Source: Eledone cirrhosa
Taxonomy: Eukaryota
Reading direction: 5' to 3'
DNA length: 64,000 nucleotides
Assembly (NCBI GenBank): GCA_964016885.1
Contig: OZ024749.1
Span: 27,156,001-27,220,000 of the forward strand
Part shown: positions 25,476 through 37,814 of the stretch, piece by piece
How positions within the stretch are numbered: position 1 is the first letter of the stretch
How the letters are laid out: every line of letters begins with the position of its first letter
The notes under the pieces: generated by a model
Databases searched by the model: none
What the model saw: the letters and a program-made list of their open reading frames with translations, nothing else
What the model was told of the DNA's origin: nothing
Position numbers and translations under genes: made by a program

Positions 25476-25634
25476 CATCCTTCTAACAGGCTTCCATACA
25501 GTTTCTGTCAACCAAATTTCACTGACAATGCTTGAGCTTCACCTGTGGGTAATGGAATCAAAGACAAACTCTCTTACATGATTGTGAAGGAAGAAAAAAA
25601 AATATGAGTGACTTTTTATTTCAATAAAACTAAT

Positions 25635-25649
25635 TTTATTGTTTTTATT
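25635..25649 (-). terminator. Tandem AATAAA poly(A) signals, probable RSPH10B 3' end
   Basis: Two AATAAA on the minus strand about 340 bp after the stop codon. Confidence 0.45.
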
Positions 25650-25983
25650 AAAAGAAAAAAATCTCAAAATTCATAACCACACCCACCCCTATCCAACCCA
25701 AACCACTCTCAGAAATTCACTCTCCACCATCCCATCCTCGAGAATATGGAAAGATTTACCGTATATACTCAAATATAAGTCTACCCTGCTATTTCTTCTA
25801 TGAGAAATGGGCAAAAATCAAAACCTTATCTACGTAGAATTTAAAATTGGTGAAAATTATGTAAATATTGACACCCCTACCACCACACACACACTTTCTC
25901 CCATTAATTTTTTGGGTCACATATTCCTCAGCTTATATTTAAGTATATACGGTAGGTTTTGATTTATATTCAAAATCTTCCTC

Positions 25984-26345
25984 TTATGATTGGACACCAT
26001 CATAAGGAACACGAGGGGGGGCAGTGGATTTCATTTCAGTACCAAACTCATCATACACATAAAACACTTCACCATTACGCTGGTCCTGGTTTGAGGTATC
26101 ATTCTGCAGTGCTTCATGACGAGACAAGAGCCACCGCTGCGTGGCAGCTTTTTGTTTCTGAATCTTTTTAATCCTTTTCAGCTCTTCTGTCACCTTTTTC
26201 TCGACAACCTGTCTCATGTTGAGCAGCTTCTTTACGGGAAGAATGAATTTCTCGATGAAAAAGATATGAATCTGGTGAGTCCAAAAGTTGTACTTCTTCG
26301 TAGATTGATCAAGTTCCTGAGATTCTGTCTCCTCTTCAGTGTCAA
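25984..26345 (-). CDS. RSPH10B: RSPH10B-like terminal coding exon 18
   Basis: aactgtag|...DTEEETESQELDQSTKKYNFWTHQIHIFFIEKFI...DGVQS-TAA. Confidence 0.82.
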
Positions 26346-27364
26346 CTACAGTTTCATTTCAGGTTGGTTGTTGTTTTGTTTTGTTTTGTTATTTAAAGGA
26401 AAAAAGTGATAACAGCAGATATTACAACAACAAATATAATAACAACAGATATAACAACAACAATAGCAGCAGATACTTCAACAACAATAGCAACAGGTAT
26501 AACAACAACAACAACAGCAGATATTACAACAATACAAGAACAGATATAACTACAACAACAGATATTACAAGAGATATAACAACAATAATGATTTCTAGCA
26601 TGAGCAGAAGATCAACAATATGGAGGAGAGAGGAAAGTCAATTAAATCGACCCCAGTGCATTACTGGTACTTTATTTTATCAACCCCATAAGGATGAAAG
26701 GCAAAGCTCACTTCAGTTGGATTTAAACTCAGAATGGAAAGGACAGATGATAATATGTCTACCAAGGAAATGTAGAAATTATCCAAATATAAAGATCTAG
26801 AGATAGAAATATCTTGAATGTGGATGATGAAAACAGAAAGAATCTCTATAATAATAGGTGCTATGGAGAATGATAAGAAAAAAAAAAACCACATACAGTT
26901 AGATCTAAGATCCAAATCTAATCTAAAGTCTTAAGACAGAAAGCTCGTTAGGCCGGTGCTTATCCCACTTTCATGGCATGAAGCAACTGAGAGTGCAAGA
27001 CAGGACACCAGTCCATCGCAGGGTTAAACCCCCAGCTATTGCTGGTACTCATTTCTAGCTGAATATACTGGAACAACGTGAAATGAAGTGTTTTGCTCAA
27101 GAACACAACATGCAACCCAACCCAGGAATCGAACCTACGACATTATGATCGTAAGTTCTTACCACTAGGCCATGTGCCTCCATTACTCAGTCAGATACAT
27201 AACCAAAACCCCAGGACTTACAAACATATACAGCATACATAAAATAGCACTACTAGGCACTGCACACATTACAATTCAATAGAAACAACAACACTGTGCA
27301 CATACCCAAAGCACATACAGCTGTGTTCGGTAATGCAGTGATAACATGCAACAAAAATATGAGT

Positions 27365-28620
27365 AATAATTGTTTCTACTTTAGGCACAAGGCCAGCAAT
27401 TATCCAGTGCATTACTGGTACTTTATTTTATCGACCCCGAAAGGATGAAAGGCAAAGTCAACCTCGGCGGGATTTGAGGTTGACTTTGCCTTTCATCCTT
27501 ACGGGGTCGATAAAATAAAGTAATAATAATGGTTACTTATATAGGCACAAGCCCAGCAAATTTCTTTTTTGTGTGTGTGTGTGGGGGGGTGGGGGGTTCA
27601 ATTAAATCTACCCCATAAGGATGAAAGGCAAAGCTTACCTCAGCGGCATTTGAACCATTATTAATAATTACATTTACTTTTGGCACAAGGCCAGCAATTA
27701 CCCCAGTGCATTACTGGTGCTTTATTTTATCAACTCTGTAAGGATGAAAGGCAAAGTTAACCTCGGTGGGATTTGAACATAAAGTGTCATAACTCTATGC
27801 TGCAAAGCATGGTGTCTGAGCAGCTCTATCGATCCTGTCAATCCACCGCCTTTATTAATAATTGTTTCTACTTTAGGCACAAGGCCAGCAATTAACCAGT
27901 GCATTACTGGTACTTTATTTTATCGACCCCGTAAGGATGAAAGGCAAAGTCAACCTCGGCGGGATTTGAACTCAGATCGTAAAGGGACGTAACTATGCTG
28001 GAAAGCATGGCGTCCGACCCTCTACCGATACTGCCAATCCACCGCCCTAACTGCCTTTATTAATAATGATAACAGTTTCTAATTTGAGCACAAGGCCAGC
28101 AATTTTGGGGTGAGTGGAAAGTCGATTATATATTTGACTGGTACTTTACTTTATTGACCCCAGAGGTCAAAGTTGACCGTGGCAAGATTTGAACTCAGTA
28201 CATAAAAAGCCAGAATAAATACTGCAAAACATTTGGCCAATGGTCTAACAATACTGTCAATCGGCCCCCAACTCCTAATATTAATAAGAATTGTTTTGAC
28301 ATTTGGCACAAGGCCAACAATTTGATAGAAAGGGGAAAGTTGGTTAAATTGACTCCAATGCGTTACTGGTATTTTATTTTATTGACTCCATAATGATGAG
28401 AGGCAAAGCCAACCTTAGCGGGACTTGAATTCAAAAGCTAACGATAATAATAATAATGTTTTCTGATTTAGGCACAAGGCCAACAATTTTTAGGAGAGAG
28501 GAAATCGATTAAAGTAACCCCAGTACATTATTGGTACTTTATTTTACCAACCCCTGTAAGGATGAAAGGCAAAGCTAACTTCAGCTGGATTTGAACTCAG
28601 AACGTAAGGGGACATTACTC
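27365..28620 (-). mobile_element. Cluster of tandem copies of the dominant ~190-bp SINE
   Basis: Repeated GTTCAAATCCCGCCGAGGTTAACTTTGCCTTTCATCC...TAGAAACAATTATT units. Other copies at about 5240, 8500, 9050, 11250, 12270, 18420, 19870, 26600 and 33430. Confidence 0.85.
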
Positions 28621-29101
28621 AGAAGCTAATCATCGTTATTATAAAAGAAGAGCTGTTTCTCTGTCTGTCACACTTATATGTATATAATACTGTAAGAGTG
28701 AAAAGGGGAGGTAACCTCTTTTATAAGTTATGGGGAGAAGGGAGATAACTGATGTCATGCTTATAGTTTATTGCATGTTTAGTCCTTTAGCATTTACACT
28801 CCTCTATATTTACTACTGTATTTTCACAGTAAACACTTTATTTCACATAATTGTCTCACATAATATCGTATCTACGAGATTTTGACATTATTTATTTTGA
28901 GAATAATACTTTAATGAGTGACCAGTTACAGCTGTTTTGAACAGAAAGAGATGAGGGAATTCTGGCTGGATACAGCTAGTTTAAATGCTAAAGGATAAGA
29001 ATCTACAAGGGTTAGAGGTAATAAGGTAGAGATCTGTAGAAGGGGTAGGGGACACTTTGTTCTAGTAATAATGATGATGATAGCAGTAATTATAGCAATA
29101 C

Positions 29102-29177
29102 CATTTTTACTATCAGTGGCCTCCAATATACTCGCCATAGGACTTTGTATTGACAGGGTTTTGAGGTTTTCATCATT
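29102..29177 (-). CDS. RSPH10B: RSPH10B-like exon 17
   Basis: tttgtag|NDENLKTLSIQSPMASILEATDSKN-G|gtattg; supplies the phase 0 to 1 shift required by the last exon. Confidence 0.7.
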
Positions 29178-29439
29178 CTACAAATAAAAACAAACAATTT
29201 ATTATTATCTGACGTCAATCGCTGTTTTTGTTTTTGGTTGATTTGGTTTTGTTTTTATTTTACTAATCCGTAGTCATGTGACAACTGTGGCCATACTAGC
29301 ACACCCATCATAGTTTTAGTTGATCATCTCTCTCTCTTCCTCCCTTTTGCTCTGTGTGTCTGTGTTATATCTGCATATTTATACACTCTCACACGCACAA
29401 ACACACATATGTATGTATATGGTCGTTTTGGTAGCACAA

Positions 29440-30140
29440 CAAACAACACCCAGCCCACACTGTAAAATGGCCATGTAAGTGACTTGACAAACAGCACTCA
29501 GCCCACACTGTAAAGAGGTTGTGTAGGTGTCATGACAAACAGCACCTAGCCCACACTGTAAAGTGGTCATGTAGGTGTCCCAACAAACAGCATCCAGCCC
29601 ACACTGTAAAGTGGTCATGTAGGTGTCACAACAAACAGCACCCAGCCCACACTGTAAAGTGGTCATGTAGGTGTCCCAACAAACATCACCCAGCCCACAC
29701 TGTAAAGTGCTCATGTAGGTGTCCCAACAAGCAGCACCCAGCCCACACTGTAAAGTGGTCATGTAGGTGTCACAACAAACAGCACCCAGCCCACACTGTA
29801 AAGTGGTCATGTAGGTGTCACAACAAACAGCACCCAGCCCACACTGTAAAGTGGTCATGTAGGTGTCACAACAAACAGCACCCAGCCCACATTGTAAAGT
29901 GGTCATGTAGGTGAAATGACAAAAAGCACCCAGCCCACACTGTAAAGTGGTCGTGTAGGTGAAACGACAAAAAAGCACCCAGTCCACACTGTGAAGTGGT
30001 TGTGTAGGTGTCACGACAAACAGCACCCAGTCCACACTGTAAAGAGGTCATGTAGGTGTCACGACAAATGCACCCAGTCCACACTGTAAAGTGGTTGCGT
30101 AGGTGTTATGACAAACAGTACCCAGCCCACACTGTAAATG
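29440..30140. repeat. 48-bp tandem array expanded inside a SINE
   Basis: AAACAGCACCCAGCCCACACTGTAAAGTGGTCATGTAGGTGTCACAAC x about 14, running into the SINE 3' end (to about 30300). Confidence 0.92.
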
Positions 30141-30436
30141 TAGTTGGCGTTAGGAAGGGCATCCAGCCGTAGAAACCAAGCTAGAAACAGTTCTGTATGA
30201 GCAAGATATAGTCACCTGAATCAACTTGCTTCAAATAGGACAACCCATGGAACCCATGCTAGCGTGGAAAATCTACATTAAACAATGATGATGATGATGA
30301 TATATAAGTGTGTGTGTGTGAGTGTGTGAGAGAGAAAGTGTGTGAGTGTGTGAGAGAGAAAGAATGTGTGTGTGTGTGAGAGAAAGAGGATGTGTGTCTC
30401 GCTCTCTCCCTCCTCTCTGTACACTCCCCGACTTAC

Positions 30437-30685
30437 CTCTACTGACTTCTCACTCGGTGAAGCCATATCTACCAGTACAATTGGAGGCTTCAAGATAGTT
30501 GACAGAGACACTGTCGACACATTCCTACTGACAAGTGGTGACAACCTAGAACAGCTGCCCGTCTTAGATGAACGACTTTGAGATGTTTGTGTTTCGATAA
30601 CTATAGTCATTGCCTCCACCACACTTTCTGTGATGTAAATCTCTGCAAAACCAACCAAAGCTTCCAGAAATTCAAGATATGTCAT
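30437..30685 (-). CDS. RSPH10B: RSPH10B-like exon 16
   Basis: ttcacag|MTYLEFLEALVGFAEIYITE...SEKSVE|gtaagt. Confidence 0.9.
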
Positions 30686-31263
30686 CTGTGAAGAGAAAAA
30701 CATGGTCAATTGACTTGCTAGAAATAACAGTCATGTCATCTGTGAAGAGAAAAACATGGTCAATTGACTTGCTAGAAATAACTGTCATGTCATCTGTGAA
30801 GAGAAAAACGGTCAATTGACTTGCTAGAAATAACAGTCATGTCATCTGTGAAGAGAAAAACATGGTCAATTGACTTGCTAGAAATAACTGTCATGTCATC
30901 TGTGAAGAGAAAAACATGGTCAATTGACTTGCTAGAAATAACAGTCATGTCATCTGTGAAGAGAAAAACATGGTCAATTGACTTGCTAGAAATAACTGTC
31001 ATGTCATCTGTGAAGAGAAAAACATGGTCAATTGACTTGCTAGAAATAACAGTCATGTCATCTGTGAAGAGAAAAACATGGTCAATTGACTTGCTAGAAA
31101 TAACTGTCATGTCATCTGTGAAGAGAAAAACATGGTCAATTGACTTGCTAGAAATAACAGTCATGTCATCTGTGAAGAGAAAAACATGGTCAATTGACTT
31201 GCTAGAAATAACAGTCATGTCATCTGTGAAGAGAAAAACATGGTCAATTGACTTGCTAGAAAT
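30680..31263. repeat. 54-bp tandem array (about 11 copies) containing the exon 16 acceptor
   Basis: GTCATCTGTGAAGAGAAAAACATGGTCAATTGACTTGCTAGAAATAACAGTCAT. Confidence 0.95.
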
Positions 31264-32242
31264 AAAATAGGAGAGATTAACCCTTTAGCAACCGGTCAGA
31301 ATTCTCTCACTTCTTTTTGTTCAAACAGGCCGTAACTAGCCATTCGTACTGATGTTAAAGTATTGTTCTCAAAATAAATAATATCAAAATCTCATAGATT
31401 TGATATTATGTGAAATAATTAGATGAAATAAAGCTTTTACCACAAAAATACCATAGTATATATAGGGCAATGTAAATGCTGAAGGGTTAAATGGGCATAT
31501 CCCACTAGAATTCTCCCACCTCTTTCTGTTCAAACCGGCCATAACTGGCTGCTCATACTTATGTTAAGGTATTGTTCTCAAAATAAATAATATCAAAATC
31601 TCATAGATTCGATATTATGTGAGATAATTATGTGAAATAAAGTGTTTACCGTGAAAATACAATAGTTTATATAGAGCAATGTTAAACATCAATAAGCCAA
31701 CAACATGGTCAATTGATTTGCTAGAAATAACAACCATGTCATCTGTGGAGAGTAGAACATGGAAGGAGAGAGTAATCAACAATGAGTCAACAATATGGTC
31801 AACTGAATTGCTAGAAATAGTAACCATGTCATCTGTAGAGAGAAAAACAATGGTCAACTGACTTGCTAGAAATAGCAACCAATTCTCTTGCCAGTCACAA
31901 CTAAGAGAAGCATTAATGAGAAAGACAGACAGAGTCATACTATGCTAGTGTCATATATTATGTTGATGGTGGTGGTTGACTATGAAGGAGAGATGCTAGA
32001 GCTGTGGAATCTTGCATGCATTAATTTCAACTCTTTTTATTAAAAGCTGCATTGTTTCTTTCCAGGGACTATGTTGAAAAATAAACCTCATTTGGTCATT
32101 CCATGAGAGTATCTTGATCAGCCTATGAACATTTCAGCTAACCTCATACATATATTAGTGTAACATATGTTAACGAAATATACCAGTGTAATGTAATTTG
32201 TTATGCTGATGAGTTAAAATGAGGCAGAAACTGTATCCTTAC

Positions 32243-32350
32243 TTCCAACTCCAAGTTATAGGTACCTTCCACAATAACATTTGGATCATCTTCAGCCAGA
32301 ACAGCAATAGCAGCTTTTGCAGTGAGGTTCTCATTGATTAGATTTACGTC
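32243..32350 (-). CDS. RSPH10B: RSPH10B-like exon 15
   Basis: tgatgaaag|DVNLINENLTAKAAIAVLAEDDPNVIVEGTYNLELE|gtaagg. Confidence 0.88.
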
Positions 32351-32379
32351 CTTTCATCATCATCATCATCATCATCAGA

Positions 32380-33422
32380 AATAAATAACAACAAAACTAA
32401 TAATAATGTGTTCTTTATTAACCACAAGGGTTGACATAAAGTATAACATTAAGGACAGTACAGGATGGTACAAATGGGCATTTCTGCATGTAACAAAAAC
32501 AAAATTATATATATGAAAAACAAAAACAAAGGATGTAACAAAAAAAATGAAACAAGGACAAATTCCACAATAGGGGGGAGACTTCCAAGGGTCACTCATT
32601 GAGAAAACCTATAAAAAAGCCACAGTCACCCTGACCGCTAGGGCAAGCGCCTTCTTCCAGTTTTCCTCCTACGATACTTCAGGCACATGGCTTAGTTGTT
32701 AGAGCATTGGCCTTGTAATCGAAAGGTTGAGAGTTCAATTCTCAGACCGGGTGATGTGTTGTTTCCTTGAACAAGACACTTTATTTCACATTGCTCCAGT
32801 TTACTCAGCTGTAGAAATGAAATGATAGGGACTGGAGTCCCTATCATTCCACTGCAAAGTGGTCGTGGAGGTGCCACCGCAAAAAAGCACCCAGCACTCA
32901 CTGTAAAGTAGTCGTGTAGGCGCCACGGCAAAAAAGCACCCAGCACTCACTGTAAATGAGGTTGGTGTTAGGAAGGGCATCCAGTTGTAGAAATCAAGCC
33001 AGAATCAGTTCCCGTATGAGCAAGACACGGTCAGCCGACCAGGCACTGCCCACAACAGGACAACCCATCTAACCCATGCTAGAGTGGAAGAACGGATGTA
33101 AAATGGTGATGATGATGATACTACAGGCACACACTCAGGGCAGGCCCATTCACGCAGGCCATCCTTGCCTCTCCCACCTACCGTTCAACAAACTGGCTGG
33201 AAGGCAGCACTTCCCTTTCCACCCTGTTTTTCCTTTTCAGGTGAAACCTAAAAAAGTTAACGAAGGTGTCAGGGCGTCACCGAAGAGGAAAATACCCATC
33301 TTTAACCCTTTCAGACGCGTCCACCATACAACTTCTTTTACCATGGCGACCCAGACAGATAAAAACTGCCTGCCCCACCTGGTTAAAGGAGGGCGGTGGG
33401 GAAATCTTCATGATGGACTCAA
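32380..33422 (-). mobile_element. Same L1/Tx1-like family 3' fragment, split by a SINE
   Basis: Reverse complement matches 37440-37760 and the 3' UTR; another copy at about 4855-5205(+). Confidence 0.8.
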
Positions 33423-34558
33423 ATAAAATAATAATGGTTTTTCATTTAGGCACAAGGCCAGCAATTTGGGGGGAAAGGGGAGGTCGATTAAATCAACCCC
33501 AGTACATTACTGGTACTTTATTTTATTGATCTCGTTAGGATGAAAGGTAAAGCTAACCTTGGCAGGATTTGAACTCAGAACGTAAAGGGATGTAACTCTA
33601 TACTGAAAATCATGGTGTCCGAAGCTCTACCGATTCTGCCAATTCACCACCCCAGAGTTTGTGTAAAAGTTGGTGTTCATCAGGGCTCCGTCCTTAGCCC
33701 CCTACTATTTATTATTGCCCTTCAGGCTATAACAGAGGAGTTCAAGACCGGCTGCCCATGGGAACTCCTATATGCAGATGATCTAACGCTCATAGCTGAA
33801 TCAATGGCTGAACTAAAGAAATTCCAAACATGGAAGCATGGCCTAGAATCAAAAGGCCTTAAAGTTAACTTGTCTAAGACTAAAGTTCTAGTTTGTAGGA
33901 AGGAAAATAGGGCACCGGTCCCATTTCGACTGGTACTTTATTTTATCAACCCCTGGGAAGGTTGAAAGGCAAAGTTGACCCCGGCAGGATTTAGGAAACT
34001 CTCCAGAATGTAAAGGTGATCGCAAACAAAACACCGCAAGGCACTTCGCTCGATGCTGTTATATACACCAATTTACATGTAGGGATAAAGTCATACATGC
34101 ATGGCTACATGGAACTCCATGCAACATGTACAAATGCATACACATACACCTGTCAATATTCTCACACATACATACAAGCGCAAACATATACACAAACACA
34201 CACATCTGTATGCAACCACACATACACAGGCAATATACTTAAACACATAAATATACACCCCCTCCACAAATACACACAGATAGTGACACACACGCATACA
34301 GATCTATATATATCCCACACACACACACAGATCTATATACATCACACACACACACAGGCTGACACACATACAGGCCCACTCAGTCACACATAAAAATACA
34401 GTCACATAGACACACACACAGAAACACATCTATATGTACACAGAGACACTTCTAGATGTACACACCATCACAGTCACAAACACACACATTCACAGGCATA
34501 CACACACATCTTGATGTACACAAATGTCAAAGAATGTTAATATAGAAGTTAGTTTTAC

Positions 34559-34612
34559 CTTGAGTAGAACTAAACAGTCTCTCATCCTCATGGAAGAATC
34601 ATGGGGAGGTAA
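34559..34612 (-). CDS. RSPH10B: RSPH10B-like exon 14
   Basis: ttccacag|LPPHDSSMRMRDCLVLLK|gtaaaa; resembles the PPHEPTMKMRHFLWMLK motif of RSPH10B as I recall it. Confidence 0.88.
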
Positions 34613-34669
34613 CTGTGGAAGGTAAAAAGAATTATGAAGGAAGAGTTTAGAGAATCATGGTAATATATA

Positions 34670-34973
34670 CTGTATATGCCGGCGTACAAGTCGATCCGAT
34701 GCATAGGTCAACCTCTACAATTCTGAGGTGTAATTCAGGTTTAAGCCTATATTCGCCAGATAAGATGACCACCAAAAATAAAGCGGTTGCAGGGGAAATA
34801 ATTCTAAAAATTTAGTAGCGCGCTGAAGGCTAAGACACTTCTTCTAAAACACTTCAGTCGCAAGTGAGTTCTAACCAGCCTAACCTTAATGAACTTATGG
34901 TAATCTACCCTATGAGCTACGGCAAGAGATATTTTTAGGCTCCAAATGTCGACTTGTATGCCAGCATATACAG
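34670..34973. mobile_element. Tc1/mariner/pogo-like MITE
   Basis: TA-flanked TIRs CTGTATATGCCGGCGTACAAGTCGA / TCGACTTGTATGCCAGCATATACAG. Confidence 0.8.
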
Positions 34974-35057
34974 TATGTAGTATATAATATATATATGTAA
35001 TATACATGTAAAGTATCATATACAATATGGTGTATGTCATATATAATATGTGTTCAC

Positions 35058-35152
35058 CTTTCGTGGTTTACAAATGGCACAGTAGATGTGGTAAACCTCC
35101 TCAACATGGTCCATAATGTTCAATGCTTTCCTTAGTTCAGGGAATATATAGC
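35058..35152 (-). CDS. RSPH10B: RSPH10B-like exon 13
   Basis: cactgcag|...YIFPELRKALNIMDHVEEVYHIYCAICKPRK|gtgaac. Confidence 0.85.
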
Positions 35153-35749
35153 CTGCAGTGAGATAATTACACAGGGAAAGGAAAATAGAACCTGTAGTGA
35201 GATAACAACACAGGAAAGGGGAAATAGAGCCTGACATAACACAGGGAAGGGGATAAAGAGCATGTAGTGAGATAATTACACAGGGAAGTGTGAAGTGGGA
35301 TAACACAGGGAAAGGAAGATAGAGCCTGTAGTGAGATAACAACACAGGACAGAAATATGCATCAACATCATCATCATCATCATTTAACATCCATTTTCTC
35401 TGCTTGCTAGGGTTGGACGAGTCTTCACAGACTGAGTCAGCACTGAAGTGGGGCTACAGAGAGGCCATATCTAGTGCAGAAGAGACATTGTGATATCTTT
35501 TGACACAAACTGAAGGATCCTCCTAACCCCTTGTTTGGCAAGCTTTCCATAGCTGGATGCCCTTCCTAACACCAACCACCTTACAGCATCTACTGGGTGC
35601 TTTTATTGTGTAGATCACCAGCACAAAGGAGGTTGTCATGTTTTTGACATAACTAAAAGGTCCTCCCAACCTCTTGTTTGACAAACTTTCTACAGGAGGA
35701 TGCCTTTCCTATCACCAGCCACTTTACAGCAGGTACTGGGTGCAGAATC

Positions 35750-36040
35750 TTTAAGTAGAATGTGCAGTGGTATCTTTAAATACAGTGTGCAGTTGAAATG
35801 TTCAGTTGCATCCTTAAATATAGTGTGCAGTTGAAATGTGCAGTAGCATCCTTAAATATAGTGTGCAGTTGAAATGTGAAGTTGCATCCTTAAATATAGT
35901 GTGCAGTTGAAATGAGCAGAAGTATCTTCAAATGCAGTATTTAGTCCAAAAGTGCAGTGGCATCTTCAAATGCAGTATTCAATTGAAATGTGCAGTGGCA
36001 TCCTTAAATACATTGTGCATTTGAAGTGTTAAATAGCATC
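35750..36040. repeat. Degenerate tandem repeat
   Basis: AAATATAGTGTGCAGTTGAAATGTGCAGT..CATCCTT units. Confidence 0.8.
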
Positions 36041-36171
36041 CTGTTTCCGTGGCATGAATAGACTGAAAGTACAAGACTTCCCCCACAATAGGACGCCAGT
36101 CCATTGCAGGGCTAAACCCTCATCTACTGCTAGTTCTCAGTTTCAGCTGAGTATACTGGAGCAACATGAAA

Positions 36172-36371
36172 NNNNNNNNNNNNNNNNNNNNNNNNNNNNN
36201 NNNNNNNNNNNNNNNNNNNNNNNNNNNNNNNNNNNNNNNNNNNNNNNNNNNNNNNNNNNNNNNNNNNNNNNNNNNNNNNNNNNNNNNNNNNNNNNNNNNN
36301 NNNNNNNNNNNNNNNNNNNNNNNNNNNNNNNNNNNNNNNNNNNNNNNNNNNNNNNNNNNNNNNNNNNNNNN
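36172..36371. other. Assembly gap (200 N)
   Basis: Run of N. Confidence 1.
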
Positions 36372-36376
36372 GATGT
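36172..36376 (-). CDS. RSPH10B: RSPH10B-like exon 12, only 5 nt visible, remainder in the N gap
   Basis: Strong acceptor cttccctctcttttttcctctag|ACATC then Ns. An exon is needed here to reconcile phase 2 (exon 11) with phase 1 (exon 13). The left coordinate is only the gap edge. Confidence 0.6.
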
Positions 36377-36720
36377 CTAGAGGAAAAAAGAGAGGGAAGT
36401 AGAAATATATTGAGTTAGCTCATGAGGAGTTGAGTTGAGTGTGGTAGTAGTCAAGAAAAAGAGAGATTAGAAATAAGTTATGTCAATGATGGCGATGATA
36501 ATGCGAATGTTGCTTATGACAGTGTGAGTGTAGATGGTGATGACAGTGTGAGTGTAGCTGATGATAATGACAATGTGTGTGTGAGTGTAGCTCATAATGA
36601 GACAATGTAAGTGTGAGTATAGCTGATAATGATGTGAGTGTGAGTATAGCTCATAATGATGACAATGTGAGTGTGAATGAGCTGATAATGATGTGAGTGT
36701 GAGTGTAGCTGATAATAATG

Positions 36721-37760
36721 CTTTCTTTATTAATCACAAGGATTGACACAAAATATAACATTAAGGGCAATACAGGACGGTACAAATGGGCATTTCTGCG
36801 TGTAAAAAAAACAAAAAAAAACAGAGGATGTAACAAAAAAAGAAACAATGAAAAATTCCTCAATAGGGGGAGACTTCCGAGGGTCGCTCGTGGAGAAAGC
36901 CCACAAAAAAGCCACGGTTACCCTGACCACTAGAGCAAGTGCCCTCGAGTGGTCGCCGTTTGCTAGCCGTGTGTTTCCTCAGCTCGTCTCCTTGACGGAG
37001 CTGCAGTCTTGGGTCAAGCAAAGACTAAGAGGGAGTGCTTGGAGACTGGAATGTCTTCAGGCGCTTACAGCCCTCAACCAGTCGGGCAATGCAATCGGTG
37101 GAAACTCCACCTTGGCATTCTATAAAGGGTTAGTGGAGGGAAAGAGCGAGGACGTCCTTGGGGAGATTCTGGGCATGGACGAAAATCAACTAGCCAATCT
37201 CTTCGGGAGAACTTTCAGGCTGGAGCTCATAGACAACTTCCAGAAATCCCTGCAGTGCTACTGAGGAGCTTTGCCAGTTCGGGATAAACTCTACAGGCAT
37301 GGAAGTGCCGTCAGCCGAGCCTGTCCGAGATGCGCGCAGGGCGACGAAACTGTCCTGCATGCACTCATCCAGTGTCTGAGCATTGCTGACTTGTGGGTTT
37401 ATGTCGAACACCTGGTGTCGCGTGTAGGACGGATCTGGCTATCAGCTGAGTCCATCATGAGGATTGCCCCGCCGCCTTCCTTTAGTCGGGAAGGGCAGGC
37501 AGTTTTTATCTGCCTGGTGGCCATGGTAAAAGAGATCGTATGGTGGACACGTCTGAAAGGGTTGAAGACGGGTACTTTCCTCTTCGGTGACGCCCTCATT
37601 AACTTTTTCAGGTTTCACCTGAAAAGGAAAATCAGGGTGGAGAGGGAAGTGCTGCCTTCCAGCCAGTTTGTTGAAAGGTGGGTGAGAGAGGCAAGAATGG
37701 CCCATGTTAATGGGCCTGCCCTGAGTGTGTGCCTGTAGCATTGTAGGAGGAAAACTGGAA
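36721..37760. mobile_element. L1/Tx1-like LINE 3' end with 5' inversion and target-site duplication
   Basis: CPRC...ETVLHALIQC zinc knuckle on + (36946-37760); 3' UTR on - (36721-36945); AGTGTAGCTGATAATAATG at 36702-36720 and 37760-37778. Confidence 0.85.
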
Positions 37761-37814
37761 GTGTAGCTGATAATAATGATGATGATGATGCTGATAAAAA
37801 AGATGGCAGCTTAC

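Noticed and set aside
36054-36402. ORFs spanning X residues
   Set aside because: Artefacts of the N gap.
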